In this document: in pieces, positions 37,085-45,727 of the stretch
Layout of the letters: the number at the start of each line of letters is the position of its first letter
Position numbering within the stretch: the stretch's first letter is position 1
Assembly (NCBI GenBank): GCA_965205605.1
Contig: CBDBHE010000005.1
Coordinates: 1 to 64,000, forward strand
Length of the DNA stretch: 64,000 bases
Source: Spirochaetota bacterium
GTDB lineage: Bacteria > Spirochaetota > UBA12135 > COTS27 > CBDBHE01
Reading direction: 5' to 3'
Translations under genes and position numbers: made by a program
The notes under the pieces: generated by a model
What the model was told of the DNA's origin: nothing
The model's database searches: none
The model's input: the letters and a program-made list of their open reading frames with translations, nothing else

Positions 37085-38422
37085 TCATAAAGTAAAATTA
37101 TCTAAAAAATCAGTCCCAAAATCTCCTGTAGTAAAATTCTTGTCATTCATAACAGCAAAATTAAAAGGAATTGTTGTCGGCACTCCTTCAACAATAAACT
37201 CATCAAGCGAACGTTTCATTCGATTAATAGCCTCTTCTCTATCAATTCCCCAAACAATTAATTTAGCAATCAAAGAATCATAGTGAGGAGGAATCTCATA
37301 ATTAGTATAACAATGAGAATCAATGCGTACCCCTAATCCTTGAGGTAAATGATAACGAGTAATTTTTCCAGGTTGAGGAGAAAAATTGTTATAAGGGTCT
37401 TCTGCATTAATTCGGCATTCTATAACATGCCCTCTAAAATTAATTTGATTTTGAGTGTAAGGAATTTTTTCACCATTAGCAACTTTAATTTGATATTTAA
37501 CCAAATCAATCCCTGTATATAACTCACTAATTGTATGCTCTACTTGTATGCGTGTATTCATTTCAATAAAATAAAAATTCATATGCTTATCAACTAAAAA
37601 CTCAACCGTTCCCGCTCCAACATAAGAAGCTTCTTGAGCGACTTTAATGGCTGCATCTGCGATTTTTTTTCTTATTTTAGAATTAATAAAAGAAGAAGGG
37701 GTTTCTTCAATAAGTTTTTGATGCCTTCTTTGAATCGAACAATCTCTTTCTCCTAAATGAAGAATTTTTCCATATTGATCCCCTAAAATTTGTACTTCTA
37801 TATGATGAGGCTGCTCAATGTATTTTTCCAAATAAATATCCGAATTACCAAAATTAACCGCTGATTCATTTTTAGCAAGATCAAAATTTTCTTTAAGCTC
37901 TACTTTATCCCAACAAATTCTCATTCCTTTTCCCCCTCCCCCGGCACTGGCTTTAAGAATCACAGGGTACTTAATCTTATTAGCTTGAAGAACAGCTTCT
38001 GCTTTAGAGGTTAAAATACCTGTTCCAGGTACAATAGGGACACCTGCCTTTTTAACAGCTTCTCTAGCAGTTGACTTGTTTCCCATTTTTAAAATAACGT
38101 CTTTTTTAGGCCCAATAAAATTAATCTTATTAGCCTCACAAGCTTCAGAAAAAGAAGCATTCTCTGACAAAAATCCATATCCCGGATGAACCGCATCGGC
38201 TCCTGTAATTTCTACAGCAGCAATAATCCTTGGTATATTTAAATACGAATCTGTTGAAGAGGGTTCTCCAATACAAACATCTTCATCAGAAAAAAAACGA
38301 TGAAGCGAATTCTCATCCGCTGTTGAATGCACCGAAACCGTTTTAATACCAAGCTCTTTACAAGCCCGTATCACTCTAAGAGCAATCTCTCCTCGATTAG
38401 CAACTAAAACTTTTTTAATCAC
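37085..38422 (-). CDS. accC: acetyl-CoA carboxylase biotin carboxylase
   Basis: ANRGEIA, HPGYGFLSEN, GGGGKGMR, ERDCSIQRRHQK, EMNTRIQVEH. Confidence 0.97.
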   Translation of the reverse strand: MIKKVLVANRGEIALRVIRACKELGIKTVSVHSTADENSLHRFFSDEDVCIGEPSSTDSYLNIPRIIAAVEITGADAVHPGYGFLSENASFSEACEANKINFIGPKKDVILKMGNKSTAREAVKKAGVPIVPGTGILTSKAEAVLQANKIKYPVILKASAGGGGKGMRICWDKVELKENFDLAKNESAVNFGNSDIYLEKYIEQPHHIEVQILGDQYGKILHLGERDCSIQRRHQKLIEETPSSFINSKIRKKIADAAIKVAQEASYVGAGTVEFLVDKHMNFYFIEMNTRIQVEHTISELYTGIDLVKYQIKVANGEKIPYTQNQINFRGHVIECRINAEDPYNNFSPQPGKITRYHLPQGLGVRIDSHCYTNYEIPPHYDSLIAKLIVWGIDREEAINRMKRSLDEFIVEGVPTTIPFNFAVMNDKNFTTGDFGTDFLDNFTL

Positions 38423-38454
38423 GTAATAATAAATCCAAATAAATTACTTTAAAG

Positions 38455-38910
38455 CTATTCTAAGCGAATAACCGGTTGTCCATATTCAACTGGCTGCCCT
38501 TCTTCTACAAGAAAATTAACAATCTTACCATTTTTAGCCGCCACAAGATTGTTGGGTATCTTAAGAGAAATGACCCTAGCAACCACATCTCCTTTTTTAA
38601 CCACGTCTCTTAATTTAACATATTGCTTTTTATTAGGACCAAAGCGACTAAAAAACCCTACTTGATTGGAGCAAATATCATTTTTACTAATTTTTTGTTT
38701 TTTAAAATCCCCTTTCTTATTAATGTCACTAGGTTGTTCTACAGTATTCACTCCTTCAAAATCAGGGGAAGAAAAATCTTTTTGTTCAGATAAAATCTTT
38801 TCTTCTCCTTTAATAAGGTTGATTTTAAAATTCTTTGACTCTATTGTTAGCTGATTAATTGACTTTCCTTGAATAGACTTGTAAATAGAATCTAAAAATT
38901 TTACATCCAC
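38455..38910 (-). CDS. accB: biotin carboxyl carrier protein-like (divergent biotinylation motif)
   Basis: immediately upstream of accC; VKKGDVV...GQPVEYGQP; ISLKIPN aligns to the canonical EAMKMMN. Confidence 0.75.
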   Translation of the reverse strand: MDVKFLDSIYKSIQGKSINQLTIESKNFKINLIKGEEKILSEQKDFSSPDFEGVNTVEQPSDINKKGDFKKQKISKNDICSNQVGFFSRFGPNKKQYVKLRDVVKKGDVVARVISLKIPNNLVAAKNGKIVNFLVEEGQPVEYGQPVIRLE

Positions 38911-38950
38911 AATGTTCTCGCTTGTAGTTTATCTTATAAATAAATAAAAA

Positions 38951-38975
38951 TAATCTAATTTCAAAAATTAGATTA
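38951..38975. promoter_or_regulatory. perfect 11-bp inverted repeat in a divergent promoter region (possible operator)
   Basis: taatctaattt-caa-aaattagatta. Confidence 0.35.
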
Positions 38976-39076
38976 GTAAATAATAAGTTAAGAGTATATC
39001 ATTAATTGATTAATTTTCAAATGAATGTTAATTTAATCATTTACTTTTTAAAAAGTAAAAAGGCTTTTTTAAAAAA

Positions 39077-39412
39077 ATGTTTTTAATTAAAAAAAAAAAA
39101 TTACTGATTTCTTTTTTATCTTTTTTTTTAATATTAATAAACTGTTCTTATTATAATAAAAATTCGTATTCAAAAAGGCTCATTCATTTTTATAAGCTAT
39201 TGTCAAAAGAAGAAATTTCTTTTTTTAAAGAAGGTAAATTAAAAAAAGTTGCTGATTCATTAAATCAAAGCATTAAAACAAACCCAAATTTAAAAAAACA
39301 ATGGAAACTTTTAAAAAAAAAAGAAGCCATTAATTTGTTTTCAGTTGAACAAACTATTATTTTCTTTTACCAACATTTCTACCTTAAAACTAATCCAAAA
39401 AAAATTCATTAA
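39077..39412 (+). CDS. hypothetical lipoprotein
   Basis: basic N-terminus, hydrophobic core, LILINC lipobox-like motif. Confidence 0.55.
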   Translation: MFLIKKKKLLISFLSFFLILINCSYYNKNSYSKRLIHFYKLLSKEEISFFKEGKLKKVADSLNQSIKTNPNLKKQWKLLKKKEAINLFSVEQTIIFFYQHFYLKTNPKKIH

Positions 39413-39439
39413 ATTGTTTTTACTTAATTTTTCGAAAAA

Positions 39440-39970
39440 ATGAATCATGAGATACAAAAAATAGAAGCAATTTTAATTTTAGAAAATCAAGCTGTTGAAC
39501 TATTAAAAATTAATCAATTAACTAAAATCGAAATTAATAAAATTGATTCTTTAATTGAAACTCTTAACAAAAAATACGATTTGATTCAATCCGTTTTTTA
39601 TATTAAAAAAATAGCTTCTTCCTATCAAATTACTTTACGAGGAAACTACAATGAAATTATACCAGAAGAATATAAAATAAAAAAAAAAAAAATATCAAAA
39701 GCTTTTCTAGAAACACTAGCTATTATTGCTTACAAACAACCTATTACAAAAATAGAAATCAACAATATTAGAGGAGTTAATAGTAATAATCATATTAAAT
39801 TTTTATTAGAAGAAAATTTTATTAAAACAGCTGGGAAAAAAAATATATTAGGAAAACCCACTTTATATAAAACAACTTCTAAATTTCTAGAGTATTTTGG
39901 GTTATCTTCTTTAAAAAGCTTACCCAATATAAAAGAGATCAAGACTTACGATTTTTTAGAAGAAAAATAA
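39440..39970 (+). CDS. scpB: SMC-Scp complex subunit ScpB
   Basis: ETLAIIAYKQPITK.EI..IRGV, GKPTLYKTT..FLEYFGL. Confidence 0.93.
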   Translation: MNHEIQKIEAILILENQAVELLKINQLTKIEINKIDSLIETLNKKYDLIQSVFYIKKIASSYQITLRGNYNEIIPEEYKIKKKKISKAFLETLAIIAYKQPITKIEINNIRGVNSNNHIKFLLEENFIKTAGKKNILGKPTLYKTTSKFLEYFGLSSLKSLPNIKEIKTYDFLEEK

Positions 39971-40078
39971 AAAAATTCAGTAAAAACAAAGAGAAGAGAC
40001 TATTTTAGAAAGAAATCAACACCTATAATAGATTATAGATAAAAGAGTTAAACAAAAATTAATAAAGAAGCTATAAAT

Positions 40079-40109
40079 TTGACACCAAAGAGAAATCTTA
40101 TAATATAAT
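40079..40109 (+). promoter_or_regulatory. candidate sigma70 promoter upstream of flaB
   Basis: TTGACA at 40079 with overlapping TATAAT/TAATAT boxes at 40099-40109 (spacers 14, 16 or 19 nt). Confidence 0.45.
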
Positions 40110-40110
40110 C

Positions 40111-40145
40111 AAGTATAAACTTTACTTGTTTATACTTTTTTTTTT
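40111..40145 (+). terminator. hairpin plus T-run (terminator-like, or palindromic operator)
   Basis: aagtataaac-tttactt-gtttatactt running into a 10-T tract. Confidence 0.45.
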
Positions 40146-40251
40146 GCTTTTTAGTTCTTTACCTAAAGGTAGAGTTATAGCCTACGTAATAAGTATCGGA
40201 ATTAAATAGTAATTATTTAGTATAAACATAAAAAAAATAAGGGAGTTGGTA

Positions 40252-41100
40252 ATGATTATTAACAACAATATGTCAGCAAATGGTGCAAGTCGAATACTAA
40301 AGGTTAGAGAAGGAGAGTTAAACAGCTCTATTAAAAATCTCTCAACTGGAATTCGCATCAATACTGCTGGAGATGATGCAGCGGGGCTCGCTGTTTCTGA
40401 AAAAATGAGAAGCCAAGTATCTGGCTTAAAACAAGCAAGTAAAAATGCCTCTGATGGAATGTCGTTCATTCAATCAACAGAAGGTTACCTCCAAGAAACT
40501 CATGACATTTTAAATCGTCTTAGAGAATTATCAGTTCAAGCTGGTAATGGTATTTACACTGCTGAAGATAGAAGTATGGTTCAAACAGAGGTTTCACAGT
40601 TAATTGCTGAAATTGACCGTATTGCATCTCATGCTCAATTCAATGGGCTAAATATGCTTACAGGTCGATTCGGTAGAAGTGCTGAAGGAGCTATTGGAGC
40701 AGGTGGAACAAGTATGTGGTTTCATATTGGAGCTAATGCTAACCAAAGAGTTCAAGTTTATGTAGGGACGATGACAACTCAAGCCTTGAATATCAATGGG
40801 TTAACTCTTAGTAATCCTGGAGCTGCAAATCAAGCCATTGCTTCGATTGATAGTGCTATTACACAAGTTTCTAACCAAAGAGCTAATCTTGGTGCTTTTG
40901 AAACAAGATTAGGAAAACTAATTGAAGGTGTTGACATTGCAGCTGAAAATATTCAAAGCGCAAGAAGTCGCATTAGAGATGCTAATATGGCTGATGAAAT
41001 GGTGAAATTTTCTAAAGATCAAGTCTTAAGACAATCAACTGTTTCTATGCTTGCTCAAGCTAATCTTAAAAACCAAAGTGTTCTACAACTTCTTGGTTAA
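40252..41100 (+). CDS. flaB: flagellin, spirochaete periplasmic filament core FlaB type (start ATG 40252 after GGAG)
   Basis: MIINNNMSA, RINTAGDDAAGLAVSEKMRSQ, AQFNGLNMLTGRF, MWFHIGAN, SRIRDANMA; short, with no D2/D3 domains. Confidence 0.95.
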   Translation: MIINNNMSANGASRILKVREGELNSSIKNLSTGIRINTAGDDAAGLAVSEKMRSQVSGLKQASKNASDGMSFIQSTEGYLQETHDILNRLRELSVQAGNGIYTAEDRSMVQTEVSQLIAEIDRIASHAQFNGLNMLTGRFGRSAEGAIGAGGTSMWFHIGANANQRVQVYVGTMTTQALNINGLTLSNPGAANQAIASIDSAITQVSNQRANLGAFETRLGKLIEGVDIAAENIQSARSRIRDANMADEMVKFSKDQVLRQSTVSMLAQANLKNQSVLQLLG

Positions 41101-41135
41101 TTTTTAAAAAAACTGTAGTTAAATTCTTTTTAAAG

Positions 41136-41173
41136 CTTGAACCTAAAGAAAATTCTTTTTCTTTAGGTTCAAG
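41136..41173 (+). terminator. strong hairpin downstream of flaB
   Basis: 17-bp perfect stem cttgaacctaaagaaaa / ttttctttaggttcaag with 4-nt loop. Confidence 0.8.
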
Positions 41174-41220
41174 TCCTCTTTACATCTTAACTTCTTTAAT
41201 CATCATTCTTACTTTTAAAT

Positions 41221-41249
41221 TTGACATTTAACTTCAAAAATATTATATT
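41221..41249 (+). promoter_or_regulatory. sigma70 promoter for ftsH
   Basis: TTGACA-17 nt-TATATT. Confidence 0.6.
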
Positions 41250-41315
41250 AACTTCTTATTCTATTGCATTTAATTTTGGGATAAAATAAATTTTATACAA
41301 TTAGCCATTACCTTT

Positions 41316-43274
41316 ATGAAAGAACCAAAAAAGAATAAAAAGCAAAAAGGAAGAGAATCTTTTTTAAAAGATTTAGAAAAAAAACTTCAACAAAAAAAAA
41401 ATTCTTCTCAAAATAAAAGCAATAAAGACTCTCAAAAACCTCAAGAAAAACCAATAAAACCAAAATTTTCTACTTTTCGTTTCTTATTTCTTGCTTTTCT
41501 AAGCTTTATTATTCTAAGTGTTGTTTTAATGTATTTTAGTGAAGAACAAACAAAAGGCAAATTCGCTCCATATTCAACTTTCATCGAAAAAGTTAAAAGA
41601 AAAGAAATTAATAGCTGCAAAATTATAAATGAAAATATTATTGAATTTTATTACAATGATATCAAATGGCAAACAAGTATTCCTTACCGTCATAACACCT
41701 TATTACCTTTTTTACTAGAAAACAAAGTTGATGTTCAATCAGAAAAAAGAGAAGAAAACAAATATTTTATAGTTTTACTCCAATGGTTACCTTGGATCAT
41801 TTTAATTCTTTTCTTTTGGTTCTTTTTATCAAGGCAGTTAAAAAACCAAACTGGAGGGGCTCTAGGTTTTGGTAAAAGTAAAGCAAAATTTATTATTAGT
41901 GAAGAAATAAAAGAGACTTTTAATGATGTTCAAGGGTGTGAAGAAGCAAAAAATGATCTTAAAGATATTGTTAGTTTTTTAAAAAATCCATCAAAGTATT
42001 CAGCTATAGGGGCTCGCATTCCAAAAGGGCTCTTATTAATTGGTCCTCCGGGAACAGGAAAAACTCTTTTAGCCAAAGCAGTTGCAGGCGAATCCAAAGT
42101 TCCATTTTTATCGATGTCCGGTTCTGATTTTGTAGAACTTTTCGTAGGGGTAGGTGCTTCTAGAGTACGAGATCTTTTTGAAACAGGAAAAAAAAATGCT
42201 CCTTGTATTATTTTTATTGATGAATTAGATGCCGCTGGTAGAGCTAGAGGCGCTGGATATGGCGGGGGACATGATGAAAGGGAACAAACCCTTAATCAAA
42301 TGTTAGTTGAAATGGATGGGTTTGGCACTGATAAAGGAATTATTGTTTTAGGGGCAACCAACCGTCCTGATATTTTGGACAAAGCTCTTCTTAGACCAGG
42401 TCGTTTTGATCGTCAAATTGTAGTTGACATTCCTGATTTAAAAGGAAGAAAAGCTATTTTAGAGATCCATGCCAAAAAAATCAAGCTTAATATAAAAGTT
42501 AATTTAAAGGATATCGCTAGAGGGACTCCAGGATTTACAGGTGCTGATCTTGCTAATTTGATCAACGAATCTGCTCTTATGGCTGTCAATGAAAATAAAA
42601 AAAGTGTTTCTTTAGATCACATTGAAAGAGCCAAAGATAAGCTTACTTTAGGTACAGAAAAAAAATCAATGCTTATTAGTAGTCAAGAAAAAAAAAACAC
42701 CGCCTATCACGAAGCAGGTCATGCTTTAGTAGGTCTACTTGTTAAAGAATCTCCTTCTTTACACAAAGTTAGTATTATTCCAAGAGGGAGCGCTCTTGGA
42801 ATCACTTATTTTCTTCCAAAAGATGGTGTTTTAACGCAAACAAAAACATCCGTAGAAGCTGAACTTCGTGTTTTATATGGCGGACGAGTCGCAGAAGAAG
42901 TCGTTTTTAAAAGCATTACTAATGGAGCCATGAATGACATTCAAAGGGTAACAAAAATAGCTCACGCTATGGTTTGTAATTGGGGATTTAGTGAATTGGG
43001 CCCTATTTCTTTTGGTAATAATGAACAACCTGTTTTTATTGGAAGAGAAATCAAACGTTCTGAAACATATTCAAGTGAAACTTCTAAAAAAATTGATACT
43101 GAAATTAAACGAATTCTTGATGAAGCCTATAAAGATACTGTGAAAATCATCAAAGAAAACTTATCAAAACTTAAAAAATTAGCTGAAAAACTTCTTGAAA
43201 AAGAAACTCTAGAAGTAAGTGAAATTTACAAACTTTTAGACATACCTAATCCTGAAAAAAAATCAATGATTTAA
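41316..43274 (+). CDS. ftsH: ATP-dependent zinc metalloprotease FtsH
   Basis: 2 TM segments, [38 protein letters not shown]. Confidence 0.97.
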   Translation: MKEPKKNKKQKGRESFLKDLEKKLQQKKNSSQNKSNKDSQKPQEKPIKPKFSTFRFLFLAFLSFIILSVVLMYFSEEQTKGKFAPYSTFIEKVKRKEINSCKIINENIIEFYYNDIKWQTSIPYRHNTLLPFLLENKVDVQSEKREENKYFIVLLQWLPWIILILFFWFFLSRQLKNQTGGALGFGKSKAKFIISEEIKETFNDVQGCEEAKNDLKDIVSFLKNPSKYSAIGARIPKGLLLIGPPGTGKTLLAKAVAGESKVPFLSMSGSDFVELFVGVGASRVRDLFETGKKNAPCIIFIDELDAAGRARGAGYGGGHDEREQTLNQMLVEMDGFGTDKGIIVLGATNRPDILDKALLRPGRFDRQIVVDIPDLKGRKAILEIHAKKIKLNIKVNLKDIARGTPGFTGADLANLINESALMAVNENKKSVSLDHIERAKDKLTLGTEKKSMLISSQEKKNTAYHEAGHALVGLLVKESPSLHKVSIIPRGSALGITYFLPKDGVLTQTKTSVEAELRVLYGGRVAEEVVFKSITNGAMNDIQRVTKIAHAMVCNWGFSELGPISFGNNEQPVFIGREIKRSETYSSETSKKIDTEIKRILDEAYKDTVKIIKENLSKLKKLAEKLLEKETLEVSEIYKLLDIPNPEKKSMI

Positions 43275-43275
43275 A

Positions 43276-43518
43276 ATGCCCACTTACGAATACAACTGTA
43301 AAAATTGCAATAAAAACTTTACCCAGTTTCAATCTATTTCGTCACAGCCTTTTTTAAATTGTCCAGACTGTTCTTCAAAATCAAAAAGAATTATTTCAAG
43401 TGGTTCTGGTGTTATTTTTAAAGGTTCTGGCTTTTATGTGACTGATTATAAAAATAAAAAAACAACTAAAAAAATAAATAAAGTAACACCTAAAGAAACA
43501 AAAAAAAAAACAGCCTAA
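43276..43518 (+). CDS. FmdB-family zinc-ribbon protein
   Basis: MPTYEYNCKNC...CPDC...FKGSGFYVTDY. Confidence 0.9.
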   Translation: MPTYEYNCKNCNKNFTQFQSISSQPFLNCPDCSSKSKRIISSGSGVIFKGSGFYVTDYKNKKTTKKINKVTPKETKKKTA

Positions 43519-43556
43519 TTCAATAATTTTTTTTGAAATAACTATCCTCTAAAAAA

Positions 43557-44525
43557 TTATAAATAACCTTTTTTTCTAAAACTATTCATCATTCTCTCTT
43601 CCATAGAAAACTGATCAGGTTTAATAACATTATCTGTTAATTTTTCATAAAGCATGAAATATCGTTGAGCTAACTCAATAAGAACTTCACTTGGAACCTC
43701 AAGAGATTTTTTTAAAAGATACGGATTTTTGTTTTTCACACACCATTTTCTAAGGTATTCTTTATCTAAATTAAAAGGCTCTAAACCTTTAGAGGTTAAT
43801 TCTAAATAGTTTTTTTCAAGCCAATATCGAGACGAATCCGCTGTATGTATTTCGTCACAAAGATAAATTTGACCCTCTTCATCCGTCCCAAATTCATACT
43901 TAGTATCAACTAAAATAAGTCCTTTGTCTTTAGCATATAAACTGCCAAACTGAAAAAGAGCAATCGCATAATGATAAATTTGATCCCATTGTTTTTTTGT
44001 CATAACACCAAAATTAATGATTTCTTTAGAAGTAATCCCTTCGTCTTTTTTATTACTTTTTGTTGTGGGTGTTACAAGAGGCTTGGAAAAAGCTTCATTT
44101 TTTTTCATACCATCTTTTAATATTTCTCCCCAAAATTTCCTTGTTCCTTGAGAATAAAGATACCAAAGAGACGTTGAAGTAACTCCTGTTAAATAACCTC
44201 TAACAACAACCTCAATAGGAAAAATTTTTAGAGGCTTACAAACCATTATATTAGGATCAAAGACTCCAATCAAATGATTTTTGATTATTTTTTTAGTTTT
44301 ATGAAACCAAAATTCTGAAAGTTTTGTTAAAATTTCACCTTTATAAGGTACTGCTGCTATCGCTCGATCAAAAGCAGAAACTCTATCAGTAGCAATAAGA
44401 AAAAGATGATTTTTACTTCTATAAATATCTCTTACTTTTCCTTCTTTTTTATTTCCTAAAAAGGTTAATTTTGTACTTTTTAAGGTTTTATTTAAATTAT
44501 CTATTATTAGGTTTTTTTCAATCAT
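43557..44525 (-). CDS. purC: SAICAR synthase
   Basis: GKVRDIY, TDRVSAFD, EVVVRGYLTG, TPTTK, DTKYEFG, DEIHTADSSRYW. Confidence 0.95.
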   Translation of the reverse strand: MIEKNLIIDNLNKTLKSTKLTFLGNKKEGKVRDIYRSKNHLFLIATDRVSAFDRAIAAVPYKGEILTKLSEFWFHKTKKIIKNHLIGVFDPNIMVCKPLKIFPIEVVVRGYLTGVTSTSLWYLYSQGTRKFWGEILKDGMKKNEAFSKPLVTPTTKSNKKDEGITSKEIINFGVMTKKQWDQIYHYAIALFQFGSLYAKDKGLILVDTKYEFGTDEEGQIYLCDEIHTADSSRYWLEKNYLELTSKGLEPFNLDKEYLRKWCVKNKNPYLLKKSLEVPSEVLIELAQRYFMLYEKLTDNVIKPDQFSMEERMMNSFRKKGYL

Positions 44526-44680
44526 AAAAAAAATTGAACTTTTCTTAAAAAATAAATATAAAAAAGATATTCTACCTATAATAAATTTTAAAAATAATGA
44601 TTTACTTCTCCAAAATCTATATTCATATTATAAGTTTTTTAAATAAAATTCCTTATTTTTATGAATTAGGACTTTTTTCC

Positions 44681-45687
44681 ATGATTTCAAAATCAATAGA
44701 TAAAAATAAAATATTAACATTATTTTTCATTATTTTCTTTACTTCAAGTTATTTTATCAAGTAATATTTAATAAAAAAAAAGCTAAATTATTTATCATAC
44801 TTGTTTTTCTTGCTATTACCTTGTTTATTTTATGCAAAGTGTTTTTCGTTTCTAAAAAATTACTTATTAGAATAAAAAAACATTATTTTCAATTTCTGAT
44901 ATAGATTATGAAAAAAACCCTTCAAATTTACTCCATCATCAACATTATTTCACTAACCATTTTTATCACTAAAAAAATAAAAATTTTAAAAAAGTATCAA
45001 GAGGTTTTATTTCTTTTTTTATACTTATCTCTTGCTTTATTATTGATTTTTTTAAAGAAGATTTGAATAAATATCTTAATAATACTTATTCCTTTAGTCA
45101 AATTTTTATTCCTATAACAATGACTTTAGTCTATCGCTTTTTTAATGGTATCGATTTATAGTTTTTATTCCAAAAAAAACTGGAGTAGTTGCAATTCTTA
45201 TAAAGCAAAAACTTCATTTTTTAAAAATGAAGAAAATAAAATTTTTATTACAAAAATCAAATTTATTCTATTTCTGTTGGGAAAGAAAAATTTCAAACAC
45301 TTATTGAGGTTGTATTAATGGTTTCAAAAAAAACCAACATTCGCTTTGTCTATCAAGAAAATCTATAAGAAAAGTAAAATTGTAAAATATGCTAGAAATC
45401 TAGAGGGAAAAAATTTTAAAGTCCCTTATAAAAAAATGAGAAGTTTAGGTTTGAAGATTAATGGATTTACAGGTTACATCATTCACTTGACACCAGAAGA
45501 TTAGAATATTGGAAAAAATATTTCTGCTGAGTATATTCGACTCAATATTCCACAAATGCTAAATTTATTTAAAGAAATGAACTTTAAAACAATTGTTACT
45601 ATCAATTACATTTTAAATGAAATTATTGGAAATTCTCTTTTAAATTTTGATAAATGTTTAAATTTTGAATATTATATCAGAAGTTAA
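44681..45687 (+). pseudogene. decayed remnant of an unknown, probably membrane-bound, protein gene
   Basis: 1.2-kb gap in the ORF track containing consecutive protein-like fragments broken by stops and frameshifts; 45361-45687 is about 108 codons with one internal TAG. Confidence 0.5.
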
Positions 45688-45727
45688 AAAAGACTTACCT
45701 AAAAAAATCGCTTTATAAATAAAAAAG

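Noticed and set aside
40160-40195. Sigma28 promoter for flaB
   Set aside because: TAAAG is present but there is no convincing GCCGATAA at the proper spacing.
45502-45504. TAG readthrough or alternative genetic code
   Set aside because: Conserved genes (lutC, the SDR at 6943, accB) end at TAG, and the same remnant also has TAA stops and frameshifts.
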